Assembly: GCA_963707505.1 (NCBI GenBank)
Contig: CAVPQB010000004.1
Span: forward strand, 1,024,001 to 1,088,000
Direction of reading: 5' to 3'
DNA length: 64,000 nucleotides
Source: an uncultured Gemmatimonadales bacterium
Lineage (GTDB): Bacteria > Gemmatimonadota > Gemmatimonadetes > Gemmatimonadales > Gemmatimonadaceae
Shown piece by piece: positions 1-9,859 of the stretch. The stretch's first letter is position 1. Each line of letters begins with the position of its first letter. The notes beneath the pieces are model-generated. The model saw nothing but the letters and a program-made list of their open reading frames with translations. It was not told where the DNA came from and did no database searches. The translations under genes and the position numbers were made by a program.

Positions 1-897
1 ACGACTCTTCGCGCGATAGACGTATTCGTGGTCGATCTACCTGACGTCGGCTCGCGCACCTGGACATACGATGGCGCAGTGGTTTACTCGATGCGCGCGG
101 CGGCGCGGGCGCACAAGCCGATCGTCGTATTGGACAGGCCCAATCCCATTACCGGATCGTTCGTCGAAGGGCCGATGCTCGACTCAGCCCTCTCGAATGC
201 GGATGATCCCGCGCCGGGTAAGCCCGGCCTCGCCTGGGCGATGTATCCGATCCCGCTCAGACACGGGATGACGATCGGCGAGCTTGCTCGGTTTTATAAC
301 GCCGAGCTCAAGATCGGAGCAGATCTTCACGTTGTGCCCGTAGCACGATGGAGCCGCGAGGTCTGGTTCGACCGAACCGGCCTTCCGTTCATCGCTCCGT
401 CGCCAAGCTTGCAGTCGTTTCCGGCCGTCATTCTCTACACGGGTCTGGTGCCTTTCGAGGCGACCAATCTCTCAGTGGGCCGCGGAACCGACGAGGCATT
501 CCGACGGATCGGCGCGCCCTGGATGGATCCCAAGCGAGTGATCGGCTTGCTAAAGGACCGGCCGATTCGCGGCGTGCGATTCTCTCCCGTCGACTTTACT
601 CCTGTTTCTCCGGGCGATAACAAGTATCCAGGCCAAGTGGTGCACGGGATAAGGATCGAGGTGACGGAGCGCAGTCAGCTGCAGACGAGCCGCCTGGCCG
701 CCGGTCTGCTCTCGGCGATCCACGAGGCCTATCCGGCCCAACTCACGATCGACTCGACGCGATTCGATCGACTGTTCGGATCCCCCTCCGCGAGGCGCGC
801 GATACTGAGCGGCGCCGATCCCGACGCGGTTATCGATTCGACCTACGGCCCGGCGTATGCGTTTCGTCAGCGAGTGTCGAAATATCTTATCTACTAA
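1..897 (+). CDS. DUF1343 / NamZ-like exo-beta-N-acetylmuramidase (5'-truncated by window edge)
   Basis: Frame open from base 1; motifs DLPDVGSRTWTY, VLDRPNP, PLRHGMTIGELA, SVGRGT typical of DUF1343. Confidence 0.85.
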   Translation, partial: TTLRAIDVFVVDLPDVGSRTWTYDGAVVYSMRAAARAHKPIVVLDRPNPITGSFVEGPMLDSALSNADDPAPGKPGLAWAMYPIPLRHGMTIGELARFYNAELKIGADLHVVPVARWSREVWFDRTGLPFIAPSPSLQSFPAVILYTGLVPFEATNLSVGRGTDEAFRRIGAPWMDPKRVIGLLKDRPIRGVRFSPVDFTPVSPGDNKYPGQVVHGIRIEVTERSQLQTSRLAAGLLSAIHEAYPAQLTIDSTRFDRLFGSPSARRAILSGADPDAVIDSTYGPAYAFRQRVSKYLIY

Positions 898-945
898 CCG
901 CATAGTAGATAAAATGGACGAATGGGTCATTTTCCCGGAGCATCA

Positions 946-1278
946 ATGAAGAAACTGATAGTCATGCTGGGCCTCGCCGTGGCCGCGACGGCCTGCGGCC
1001 CAAGACAGGTCGAGGTCAAAACGGGACCGCAGCCGGTGAGCGAGGTAACACTCAAGGTCACCAACAACCTCTCCCAGGCCGCCAACATTTACGTTGTGAG
1101 CAGCGGCAGCGACATCTTTCTCAAGCAGGTTGGCGCCAACAGCACGGAAACCATGAACGTGCCGGGTATCTCCGCTGGCGCGACGGTTGGATTGAAGGCG
1201 ACACCAATCGACGGCTCCCGCTCCTACACGCGCGACAACGTAACGCTGTCGGGATTGTACGAATGGCAGGTGCCGTAG
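946..1278 (+). CDS. Hypothetical lipoprotein
   Basis: MKKLIVMLGLAVAATAC lipobox-like signal; GGAG upstream of ATG 946. Confidence 0.7.
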   Translation: MKKLIVMLGLAVAATACGPRQVEVKTGPQPVSEVTLKVTNNLSQAANIYVVSSGSDIFLKQVGANSTETMNVPGISAGATVGLKATPIDGSRSYTRDNVTLSGLYEWQVP

Positions 1279-1345
1279 CCTTTGCAGCGTGGTTCGCAGT
1301 TAAACACCTAGCCCGATAGCCTCCGGCGGGCTACCTTCCACGCCG

Positions 1346-1978
1346 ATGAAGGCGATCTGGGAGGCTATAAAAGCTGGTTATTTGCGGGTCATTGAGCCCG
1401 CCGCTGATTTTCTGGTACGGCGGCGGGTCAATCCGAACGTAATAACGACCGTCGGCACGATCTGTACGCTCACCGGCGCGGTCGTGTACGCCAGCGGCCA
1501 TATCATGACGGCGGGCTGGATCATCGGGGTTACCGCGTTGTTCGATGTGCTGGACGGGACCGTCGCACGCCGAACCGGCCAGTCGAGCGTTTTTGGCGCC
1601 TTCTACGATTCTACCCTGGATCGAGTCGCCGATGGCGGCGTCATGGCGGGACTCGCGGTTTTCTACGCCTCGTCGGCGCTCTACCACAACATCTACATGC
1701 TCGTGGTGTGCCTGCTCGGGATCATCGGTACCTTCCTCGTTTCGTACACGCGCGCCCGCGCGGAAGCGCTCGGAATCGATGCCAAGGTCGGGGTGATGCA
1801 GCGACCGGAGCGCGTAGTGTTATTATCCGTACCACAGGCATTTTTCGGCCTGGCGCTGCATGGCTGGGTCCTCATGGGGATCGTCGTCCTGTTGACGGTT
1901 ACAGCATGGATAACGGCCGTCCAGCGCATCAGCTTCGTCCATCGCGCAACATCCAAGAAACCACTGGTGAATGTCTAA
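1346..1978 (+). CDS. CDP-alcohol phosphatidyltransferase, phosphatidylinositol-phosphate synthase-like
   Basis: DVLDGTVARR...GAFYDSTLDRVAD signature; VSYTRARAE and RPER motifs; hydrophobic; overlaps ino1. Confidence 0.85.
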   Translation: MKAIWEAIKAGYLRVIEPAADFLVRRRVNPNVITTVGTICTLTGAVVYASGHIMTAGWIIGVTALFDVLDGTVARRTGQSSVFGAFYDSTLDRVADGGVMAGLAVFYASSALYHNIYMLVVCLLGIIGTFLVSYTRARAEALGIDAKVGVMQRPERVVLLSVPQAFFGLALHGWVLMGIVVLLTVTAWITAVQRISFVHRATSKKPLVNV

Positions 1979-3293
1979 CAGCTCAGCTGCACCCAAAATC
2001 GCGCCGGCTTCAGGTAAGCTCGGCATCCTCACGCCCGGCCTCGGCGCCGTGGCCACGACGTTCATCGCTGGAGTCGAGAGCATTCGCCGAGGGCTCGCGA
2101 AGCCGATCGGCTCGATCACGCAGACGGCGACGATTCGGCTCGGAAAGCGAACCGACAACCGCGCGCCGCTCATCAAGGACTTCGTTCCGCTCGCGGATCT
2201 GAATGACATAGTGTTCGGCGCATGGGATCCGATTCCGGATGACGCGCTGACGGCAGTTCGCAAGGCCGGCGTTCTGGAAGAGAAGGACGTGGCGCCGATC
2301 GCCGACTTCCTTGCGTCGATCAAGCCGATGCCCGCGGTATTCGACAATCACTACGTGACGCGCATCCACGGCACCAACGTCAAGACGGGCAAGACCAAGC
2401 GTGATCTCGCGGAGCAGCTGCGTCAGGACATTCGTGATTTCAAGGCGAAGAACAAGCTGGATCGGGTTGTGATCGTCTGGTGTGCATCGACCGAGATCTT
2501 CATCAAGGCGGGTCCGCAGCACGCGACGATCGAGCAGTTCGAGCGCGCCATGGACAACAACGACGAAGCGATCGCTCCATCGATGTTGTACGCGTATGCA
2601 GCGATCATGGAAAACGTGCCGTTCGCGAACGGCGCTCCGAATCTTTCGGCCGACGTTCCGGCACTCCTCCAGCTCGCGCAGCAGCGCGGCGTTCCACTTT
2701 CCGGCAAGGACTTCAAGACCGGCCAGACGTGGATGAAGACCGTCATCGCGCCAGGACTGAAGGCTCGCATGCTCGGACTTGCTGGATGGTATTCGACCAA
2801 CATCCTCGGCAACCGCGACGGAGAAGTTCTCGACGACCCGCAGTCGTTCAAGACCAAGGAAGAGTCCAAGCTGTCGGTGCTGCACACGATCCTGCAGCCC
2901 GAGAAGTATCCGGATCTGTACAAGGATTTCTCCCACGTCGTCCGCATCAACTACTATCCGCCGCGCGGCGACAACAAGGAAGGCTGGGACAACATCGACA
3001 TCTTCGGATGGATGAATTATCCCATGCAGATCAAGATCAACTTCCTCTGCCGCGATTCCATTCTCGCCGCGCCTCTGGTGCTCGATGTCGCGTTGTTCAG
3101 CGACTTCGCGCAACGCGCCGGGATGAAGGGAATCCAGGAGTGGCTGTCATTCTTCTACAAGAGCCCGATGACCGCCCCCGGACTGCAGCCCGAGCACGAT
3201 CTTTTCATCCAGCAGACCAAGATGAAGAACACGCTTCGTCATCTCATGGGCGAGGATCAGATCACTCACCTCGGGCTCGAGTACTACGCATAA
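1971..3293 (+). CDS. ino1: myo-inositol-1-phosphate synthase
   Basis: GLGAVATT NAD-binding start, GKDFKTGQT, STNILGNRDG, GDNKEGWD, RDSILAAPLVLD. Confidence 0.95.
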   Translation: MSNSSAAPKIAPASGKLGILTPGLGAVATTFIAGVESIRRGLAKPIGSITQTATIRLGKRTDNRAPLIKDFVPLADLNDIVFGAWDPIPDDALTAVRKAGVLEEKDVAPIADFLASIKPMPAVFDNHYVTRIHGTNVKTGKTKRDLAEQLRQDIRDFKAKNKLDRVVIVWCASTEIFIKAGPQHATIEQFERAMDNNDEAIAPSMLYAYAAIMENVPFANGAPNLSADVPALLQLAQQRGVPLSGKDFKTGQTWMKTVIAPGLKARMLGLAGWYSTNILGNRDGEVLDDPQSFKTKEESKLSVLHTILQPEKYPDLYKDFSHVVRINYYPPRGDNKEGWDNIDIFGWMNYPMQIKINFLCRDSILAAPLVLDVALFSDFAQRAGMKGIQEWLSFFYKSPMTAPGLQPEHDLFIQQTKMKNTLRHLMGEDQITHLGLEYYA

Positions 3294-3751
3294 TGAGGAC
3301 AGCGACGCTGATGTGGACATCACTGCTCGCGGCCGCCTCCGTTTCTCTGGCATCGTGCGGGGGTAACAACAACCGCGCGGCCGAGATTCGGCAGTGGACC
3401 GACGACATGGCTTTCCGCATCAGCGTCGTGCCAGCTCCTCCGATCGCAGAGGAGATGACGGTGTTCAAGGTCGTCGTGTCGGACAAGGAGAGCGGCCAGC
3501 CGATTCAGGCGGGGCAGGGGCGCATCTTCGCGACGAGCCAGGAGCACGCGCAGACGGGCGACGGCCTTGCAAAGGGGCCGGAAGTCGGCACGTACTACGC
3601 GCACGTTCGCTTTCCGGTGTCAGGCGACTGGGCAGTCGGCCTGCAGTTCCGCAGAGATTCAACCAGCAAGCTCGAGCGCACGCAGGACTGGCAGCAGCAG
3701 GTTCTGCCGGCTCCACCGCTCGGCCAGAGCACAGATACGACCAAACGCTAA
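3293..3751 (+). CDS. Hypothetical lipoprotein (YtkA/FixH-like Ig fold, tentative)
   Basis: ATG overlaps ino1 stop; SLASC lipobox; GTYYAHVRFPVSGDW motif. Confidence 0.6.
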   Translation: MRTATLMWTSLLAAASVSLASCGGNNNRAAEIRQWTDDMAFRISVVPAPPIAEEMTVFKVVVSDKESGQPIQAGQGRIFATSQEHAQTGDGLAKGPEVGTYYAHVRFPVSGDWAVGLQFRRDSTSKLERTQDWQQQVLPAPPLGQSTDTTKR

Positions 3752-3753
3752 CA

Positions 3754-4047
3754 ATGCGCCATTTTTTCAGATCTCATCTGAAGCCCGATCAGGTCCTCGC
3801 AATTGCGGACACGTTCTTTCCAACCATCCAGGAAAACCGAACCGCGTCCGCGAACCGTACTCGTGATTTCTCCGGTCCACTCGGCGCGCTCAAGCTCAGC
3901 GTGAAGATGGAAGGTGGACACTACACGTTCGTACAGATCGATACGGACCAGACCGGCGAGAGCCGCCTGGACCGTAACGCCAAGAAGTTCTTCGTCGAGC
4001 TGCATCGGGCCGAAGATCCGGCGTACACGCTTACTGCTTCATACTAG
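3754..4047 (+). CDS. Hypothetical protein (97 aa)
   Basis: Fills the gap in the operon with typical codon usage (MRHFFRSHLK...TASY). Confidence 0.65.
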   Translation: MRHFFRSHLKPDQVLAIADTFFPTIQENRTASANRTRDFSGPLGALKLSVKMEGGHYTFVQIDTDQTGESRLDRNAKKFFVELHRAEDPAYTLTASY

Positions 4048-4055
4048 GTAGCGTC

Positions 4056-5118
4056 ATGACGTTGACGCGCGAGCAGAAGCTCGAGCTGTACTATTACATG
4101 CGGCTCACGCGCTCTCTCGAAGAGCGCCTCGTAAATCTTTATCGGCAGACCAAGGTAATCGGTGGCCTGTTCCGCTCACTCGGACAGGAAGCCGATGCTG
4201 TCGGCGCCGCATACGCACTCGATAAGTCGAAGGGCGACATTCTCTCGCCGCTCATTCGCAATCTCGGCGCGATGCTCGTGCGTGGTGCGGAGCCGACCGA
4301 GGTCATCAAGCAGTACATGGCCAAGGGCGATTCGCCAACGAAGGGAAAGGAGCTCAACATCCACTTCGGCGGCATCGAGCGCGGATTTGTCGGACAGATC
4401 TCGCACCTGGGTGACATGGTTCCAGTGATGGCTGGCGTCACGCTCGCAGCGAAAATGCGCGGTGAGGAGCGCGTGGGTCTCGTCTTCGTTGGAGACGGCG
4501 CTACGTCGACCGGCGCATTCCACGAGGGAATCAACTTTGCCTCCGTGCAGCGCTGTCCGCTCGTTGTGATCGTCGAGAACAACGGCTACGCATACTCCAC
4601 TCCGGTCGCGAAACAAACCGCTGCCAGGTCGTTCGTCGACAAGGCGATTGGTTATGGAATCCCGGGCGAGCAGGCGGATGGGAACGACGTGCTTGCAGTG
4701 TACGATGTCACCAAACGTGCAGTGGATCGCGCGCGACGCGGTGAAGGAGTGACACTCATCGAGCTCATTACCTACCGCAGAAAGGGCCACGCCGAGCACG
4801 ACAATCAATCATACGTCCCGGAAGGCGAGATCGATCGCTGGGCCGCGGAGAACGATCCGATCGACCGCTTCGTAAAGGTGCTGCGCGCAGAGAAGGTAAA
4901 AGCCTCGGAACTCACGGCGATCGACGATCGCATCAAGGCTGAGATCGACACCGCAACCGATGTTGCTGATGCATCACCGATGCCGGAGCCCATCGAAGCG
5001 CTTCGCGGTGTGTACGCGGGTCAGGCGAATGTGCCGCCGCTTGTGGTTTCGCGAAGATGTGAGCAGCGCGGTGGACAAACACGAGCGCGCGTCAGGGTGG
5101 GGGACTTACGATGTCTGA
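4056..5118 (+). CDS. 2-oxoacid dehydrogenase E1 alpha subunit (frameshift near 5020-5040)
   Basis: GDGATSTG...ENNGYAYS TPP motif, YRRKGHAEHD; likely true C-terminus LWFRED...GTYDV* in another frame, overlapping the E1 beta start. Confidence 0.9.
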
Positions 5119-6088
5119 GGTCACTTACCTCGAAGGGATTCGGCAGGCACTCTTCGAAGAAATGGAACGCGATCCCAACGTCTTCTGCCTCGGTGAAGAC
5201 ATCGGCGCGTATGGCGGTGCATTCAAGGTCACCGAGGGATTGCAGGAGAAGTTCGGTGCATCGAGAGTGATCGACACGCCGATCTCCGAGATCGCCATCG
5301 TTGGTGCTGCGGCGGGCGCTGCGCATATGGGGATGCGCCCGGTATGCGAGATGCAATTCATGGATTTCGTGTCGAATGCGTACGACATGCTCACCAACTA
5401 CGTCGCCACCGCGCGCTACCGAATCGGGCTTGGATGTCCGATGGTCGTGCGCGGCCCGAGCGGTGGATACGTGCGCGGCGGACCATTCCATTCGCAGAAC
5501 CCCGAGGCGGCATTCTTTCATACACCGGGGCTCAAGATCGTGAGTCCGGCCAGCGCCGCGGATGCAAAGGGGCTGATGAAGGCCGCAATCCGCGACGACG
5601 ACTGTGTGCTGTTCTTCGAACACAAGTATCTGTACCGGCGCATCAAGGAAGTGATGCCCGCCGGCGATCATGTGGTGCCCATCGGGAAGGCTCGTACTGC
5701 GCGGGAAGGAACGGACGTTTCGGTAATCACCTATTCCGCGACGCTGTGGAAGGCGCTGGAAGCGGCCGAAATCCTGCAGACGGAAGACGGTGTGTCGGTC
5801 GAGGTGATCGACCTGCGGACACTGTTGCCGCTGGACGATGCAGCCATCGTCGAGACGGTCAGAAAGACCAACCGGGTTCTGATCGTGCATGAGGATACCA
5901 GGACCGGCGGCATCGCTGGCGAGATCACGGCGCGGATCAACGAGACGTGCTTCGAGTGGCTCGATGCCCCCGTGCTTCGGGTCACAGCCGCCGACGTGCC
6001 ACTGCCGTATTCTCCGCCGCTCGAAGATTACGTACTGCCGCAAACGTCGGATATAGTGCGTGCGCTCCGGCGCATTGTAGCTTATTGA
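5111..6088 (+). CDS. 2-oxoacid dehydrogenase E1 beta subunit
   Basis: GEDIGAYGGAF, DTPISE, GGPFHSQ, FFEHKYLY, EVIDLRTL. Confidence 0.95.
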   Translation: MSEVTYLEGIRQALFEEMERDPNVFCLGEDIGAYGGAFKVTEGLQEKFGASRVIDTPISEIAIVGAAAGAAHMGMRPVCEMQFMDFVSNAYDMLTNYVATARYRIGLGCPMVVRGPSGGYVRGGPFHSQNPEAAFFHTPGLKIVSPASAADAKGLMKAAIRDDDCVLFFEHKYLYRRIKEVMPAGDHVVPIGKARTAREGTDVSVITYSATLWKALEAAEILQTEDGVSVEVIDLRTLLPLDDAAIVETVRKTNRVLIVHEDTRTGGIAGEITARINETCFEWLDAPVLRVTAADVPLPYSPPLEDYVLPQTSDIVRALRRIVAY

Positions 6089-6351
6089 TGAGTGAGGATC
6101 CGGCAGGCTCGGACCGGCTCTCGGTAGGCTCTCTGGTCGGGGCCGGCTGCTTTTCCGCCGTCGCGGGATTTTTCGGCGGCGGAATGATTGCCGTCCTCGT
6201 TGCGAAGTTCGTCGGGTCCTATCAGGGCTGCAAGCCGCCGGAGGGACTCCCGGCTTGCAACTGGGGATCGTATGCGCTCGTCGGTATGATTGCGGGGGTA
6301 GTGATACTTCCGCTCGTGTCGATTATCAGGCTGACAAGCCGGAGGTCATAG
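6088..6351 (+). CDS. Small hypothetical membrane protein
   Basis: TGATG coupling to E1 beta; two hydrophobic segments flanking CKPPEGLPAC. Confidence 0.6.
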   Translation: MSEDPAGSDRLSVGSLVGAGCFSAVAGFFGGGMIAVLVAKFVGSYQGCKPPEGLPACNWGSYALVGMIAGVVILPLVSIIRLTSRRS

Positions 6352-7707
6352 ATGGCTCGTATAGACGTCACAATGCCGCAGATGGGCGAGTCGATCGCGG
6401 AAGGCACGCTCTCCAAGTGGCTGAAAAAGGTCGGCGACGAGGTCAAGCGCGATGAGCCGATCTTTGAGATCTCGACCGACAAGGTCGACGCCGAAATCCC
6501 GTCGCCAACCGCTGGAACACTCGCCGAGATCCTGGTTCCGGAAGGGAAGACGGTGGCGGTCCAGACATTGGTCGCGAGAATCGAGACGGAAAAGGGTGCA
6601 CCAGTAGCTGCGACGTCACCAGCGGCAGCTGCTCCTGTTGCTGCCGCCGCTTTGGCCGGCGCCGCGGGGCCGGCCGCTGGCATCGCGAGCGCCGCTGCTG
6701 CCACCGCGCCGCCTGCTCAGAGCGATGGCAACGGCAATGGCAATCGCAACGGCTCCGCTCCGACGCCCGACTCGTTCGAGGGACGCCTGCGCGCCAAGTC
6801 GTCGCCGCTGGTCCGCAAGATGGCTGCAGAGCACGGCGTCGACATCGCGGGCCTGAATGGGAGCGGCATCGCGGGGCGCGTAACGAAGCGCGACCTGCTC
6901 GATCATCTCGCGAGTGGACCAGCATCGCGGCCAACTGCATCCATGCATGCGCCCGGTGGCGCAACCGAGTTCCACGGACCGCTTCCGGAGCCATGGGCTG
7001 GTGATCGCGTCGAGCCGATGTCGAAGATGCGCGCGCTGATAAGCGACCACATGGTCGCATCCCGCCGCACATCTGCACACGTGACGTCGTTCATGGAGAT
7101 GGACTTCACGCGCATTGCAAAGATCCGCGCGAGCAAGCGGCGCGAGTTCGAGACCGCTACGGGTGAAAAGCTTTCGTTCATGCCTTTCATCATCAAGGCG
7201 ACAGTGGACGCGATCAAGCAATATCCGATCATGAACTCGTCGGTCGCCGGCACCAACGTTATCTACCGTCGTCCGGTCAACATTGGAATTGCCGTCGCGC
7301 TCGATTGGGGTCTGCTAGTACCGGTCATCAAGAACGCGGACGATCTGTCACTTACGGGACTCACGCGCGCTCTCAACGATCTCGCAAACCGTGCGCGCAG
7401 CAAGAAGCTGTCACCACAGGAAGTCCAGGACGGCACATTCACGATCACCAACCCGGGGGTGTTCGGCTCGCTCATGGGAACGCCGATCATCAATCAGCCG
7501 CAAGTGGCGATCATGGGTGTGGGTGCAATCGAGAAACGACCCAAGGTAATATCGGGGGCCGACGGTGAGGATACGATTGCGATTCGCACATGTGCGTATT
7601 TCTCGATCTCGTTCGACCATCGCGTGATCGATGGTGCAGTGGCCGACCAGTTCCTTGCGCAGGTCAAGCGGAACATCGAGTCGTTCCCAGAGAATGGAGT
7701 GATCTGA
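6352..7707 (+). CDS. Dihydrolipoamide acyltransferase E2
   Basis: Lipoyl domain ISTDKVDAEI, Ala/Pro linker, subunit-binding GSGIAGRVTKRD, catalytic DHRVIDG. Confidence 0.95.
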   Translation: MARIDVTMPQMGESIAEGTLSKWLKKVGDEVKRDEPIFEISTDKVDAEIPSPTAGTLAEILVPEGKTVAVQTLVARIETEKGAPVAATSPAAAAPVAAAALAGAAGPAAGIASAAAATAPPAQSDGNGNGNRNGSAPTPDSFEGRLRAKSSPLVRKMAAEHGVDIAGLNGSGIAGRVTKRDLLDHLASGPASRPTASMHAPGGATEFHGPLPEPWAGDRVEPMSKMRALISDHMVASRRTSAHVTSFMEMDFTRIAKIRASKRREFETATGEKLSFMPFIIKATVDAIKQYPIMNSSVAGTNVIYRRPVNIGIAVALDWGLLVPVIKNADDLSLTGLTRALNDLANRARSKKLSPQEVQDGTFTITNPGVFGSLMGTPIINQPQVAIMGVGAIEKRPKVISGADGEDTIAIRTCAYFSISFDHRVIDGAVADQFLAQVKRNIESFPENGVI

Positions 7708-7709
7708 CC

Positions 7710-7967
7710 GTGTCGCGTGCGCTCACGATTCAGCGGACGACCATACCGCCGAGTGAGCGCGCGCGATATCTGACGCGCCTGACCGAGCGCGCGGCGCACT
7801 ACAGCGCGGCGGGTTGTCGTTTCTGGGTCTTCGAAGATCCGGGCCTGCGCAATGCGTTCGTGGAATTTACGGAGGCCGACGATTCAGCGATTCTCGCGGA
7901 GGCTGTTGCGTCGGCGCCGGGGCCCGGGTCGGGCCCTCTGCGCATTTACCATCAAGTGGAGTTCTAG
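7710..7967 (+). CDS. Hypothetical protein
   Basis: GTG just after the E2 stop; abuts next ORF. Confidence 0.55.
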   Translation: MSRALTIQRTTIPPSERARYLTRLTERAAHYSAAGCRFWVFEDPGLRNAFVEFTEADDSAILAEAVASAPGPGSGPLRIYHQVEF

Positions 7968-8234
7968 ATGCCCTTTCGTACGGTTACAGTTGACGGCGCC
8001 GCGTGGCGGGTACAACCCACGGGCTACGTGACTGCGAACACCAAGGACGAGTTCGCGCTCATCTTCGCACGCGGGGCCGGCGCCGAGCGCGAGACGCGCG
8101 TGGTTCGTTACTCGCCCGTCGGCGCGCGTTGGCGCGAGCAGTCGTTCGCGTCGCTCAGCGATGACGATCTCCGTAGACTCTTTGCCCAGTCGCAGCCGAG
8201 CGCGACTTCGCCCGAGGCGTTCTACGCGCGATGA
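7968..8234 (+). CDS. Hypothetical protein
   Basis: Abuts upstream stop, ATGA overlap with the PHP gene. Confidence 0.65.
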   Translation: MPFRTVTVDGAAWRVQPTGYVTANTKDEFALIFARGAGAERETRVVRYSPVGARWREQSFASLSDDDLRRLFAQSQPSATSPEAFYAR

Positions 8235-9085
8235 GTGACCGCGGCACCGAGCCGCTCGATGAGCGTTATGTAGATCTGCACGCGCATTCAACGGCCTCCG
8301 ATGGAGCAGTGTCGCCGGCCGAGCTTGTCGAGGCCGCCTCCCGCGCGCGGCTTCAGGCCATAGCGATCACCGATCACGACACGATCGCGGGCAATGACGA
8401 GGCGTTCGCCACCGGCGCGAGCCTTGGGATAAGAGTCGTGCGCGGCTGCGAGCTCAGCGCGTACCACGGCGACTTCGAGGTTCATCTGCTCGCGTTGCAC
8501 ATACGGTACTCAGACGCGATCCGGCCGAGTCTCGAAGGCTTTCAGCGCGAGCGTGTAGACCGCGGCCACGCGATCGTAGAGCGACTTGCCGTTGCGGGCG
8601 TGCCTGTGAGCATCGAGGATGTTCTCGCCGAGGCAGCTGGTGGCGCGCTCGGAAGACCGCACATTGCCCGCGCGATGATCCGTGCCGGGCACGTCGCCGA
8701 TCATCGCGATGCGTTCGACAGATATCTCGGTGCCGGCAAGTGCGCGTACGTTCCCAAGCCCCGTCTCGACGTCGGCGATGCAATTGGGCTCGCGCACGCC
8801 GCTGGTGCTCTGGCCGTCTGGGCACATCCCGGTCGCGACGGAACGCGCGAGCGGCTTACGCGACTGGCCGCGCTCGGACTTGACGGCGTCGAGGTGCGGC
8901 ATCCCGGCCACACTCCCGCTGACACGCAGCGACTTGGTCGCCTCGCGGACGAGTTGGATCTGGTGCCAAGTGGCGGCTCTGACTGGCACGGCGCCACCGA
9001 AGGCTATCGCACGCTCGGCAACATGCACGTTCCTGAAGCGTGGCTGGATCTGCAGGATGTGCGGCTCGTGACTCGCGTATCGTAA
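8231..9085 (+). CDS. PHP-domain metal-dependent phosphoesterase (YciV/TrpH-like)
   Basis: DLHAHSTASDG, ITDHDT, GRPHIA, AHP, GGSDWHG. Confidence 0.92.
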   Translation: MSDRGTEPLDERYVDLHAHSTASDGAVSPAELVEAASRARLQAIAITDHDTIAGNDEAFATGASLGIRVVRGCELSAYHGDFEVHLLALHIRYSDAIRPSLEGFQRERVDRGHAIVERLAVAGVPVSIEDVLAEAAGGALGRPHIARAMIRAGHVADHRDAFDRYLGAGKCAYVPKPRLDVGDAIGLAHAAGALAVWAHPGRDGTRERLTRLAALGLDGVEVRHPGHTPADTQRLGRLADELDLVPSGGSDWHGATEGYRTLGNMHVPEAWLDLQDVRLVTRVS

Positions 9086-9113
9086 TGCGTATCGTAATGC
9101 GTATCGCAATGCG
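9075..9113 (+). repeat. 12-bp tandem repeat (GCGTATCGTAAT) x3
   Basis: gcgtatcgtaat gcgtatcgtaat gcgtatcgcaat gcg spanning the PHP stop codon. Confidence 0.9.
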
Positions 9114-9127
9114 CACCGTGAGATAGC

Positions 9128-9859
9128 ATGGAGCTCAGCGGCCGCGCCGTACTCGTCACTGGAGGCGCACATCGCGTTGGGCGCGCGCTTACCGTCGCGC
9201 TAGCCAATGCCGGCATGCGCGTCGCGATCAATTACAACTCCGCGTCTGCAGAAGCCGATGCGCTTGTGCGTGAGCTGTCAGCGAGCGGCCACGAGTGCCG
9301 CGCGTACAAGGGTGATCTCACACAACCCGATGCACCGCGGTCACTCGTTGAATCCGTAGCCCACGATTTCGGCGGACTCGACGTCCTGATCAATTCCGCC
9401 GCTGTGATGCGCCGTACTCCAGTCGATGACGTGACAGTCGCGGAATGGGACTCGATGTTCGCGCTCAATCTGCGCGCGCCGTTCTTCCTGGCGCAGGCAG
9501 CACGATCATACCTTCGCAGCGCAAGGGGCTGCATCGTCAATCTCGCGGACCTCGCTGCGTTCGAAACCTGGCCGGAATACATCCCGCATGGAATAAGCAA
9601 GGCTGGTGTCGTGCAGATGACCCGCGCACTGGCGCGCGCGTTCGCGCCCGAAGTGCGCGTCAACGCGATCGCGCCCGGTGCCGTGCTGCTACCGGATAGC
9701 TGGGACGACGCGACGCGCGCTCATTTCGCGACCACGACGCCGTTGCGTCGGATAGGATCGCCGAATGACGTGGTCGAGGCGATGCTGTATCTTCTGCGCG
9801 CCGACTACGTGACCGGAGATACGGTACTGGTCGATGGCGGACGCCATGTCCGGACCTGA
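9128..9859 (+). CDS. SDR oxidoreductase, pteridine reductase/FolM-like
   Basis: TGGAHRVG, INSAA, NLAD, HGISK at the YxxxK position, VNAIAPG. Confidence 0.85.
   Translation: MELSGRAVLVTGGAHRVGRALTVALANAGMRVAINYNSASAEADALVRELSASGHECRAYKGDLTQPDAPRSLVESVAHDFGGLDVLINSAAVMRRTPVDDVTVAEWDSMFALNLRAPFFLAQAARSYLRSARGCIVNLADLAAFETWPEYIPHGISKAGVVQMTRALARAFAPEVRVNAIAPGAVLLPDSWDDATRAHFATTTPLRRIGSPNDVVEAMLYLLRADYVTGDTVLVDGGRHVRT

Noticed and set aside
2480..3751. 423-aa ORF overlapping ino1
   Set aside because: Only the part from ATG 3293 looks like a real lipoprotein; the rest is off-frame overlap.
9075..9113. Possible CRISPR array (also 28403-28466)
   Set aside because: Short tandem units without spacers and no cas genes.
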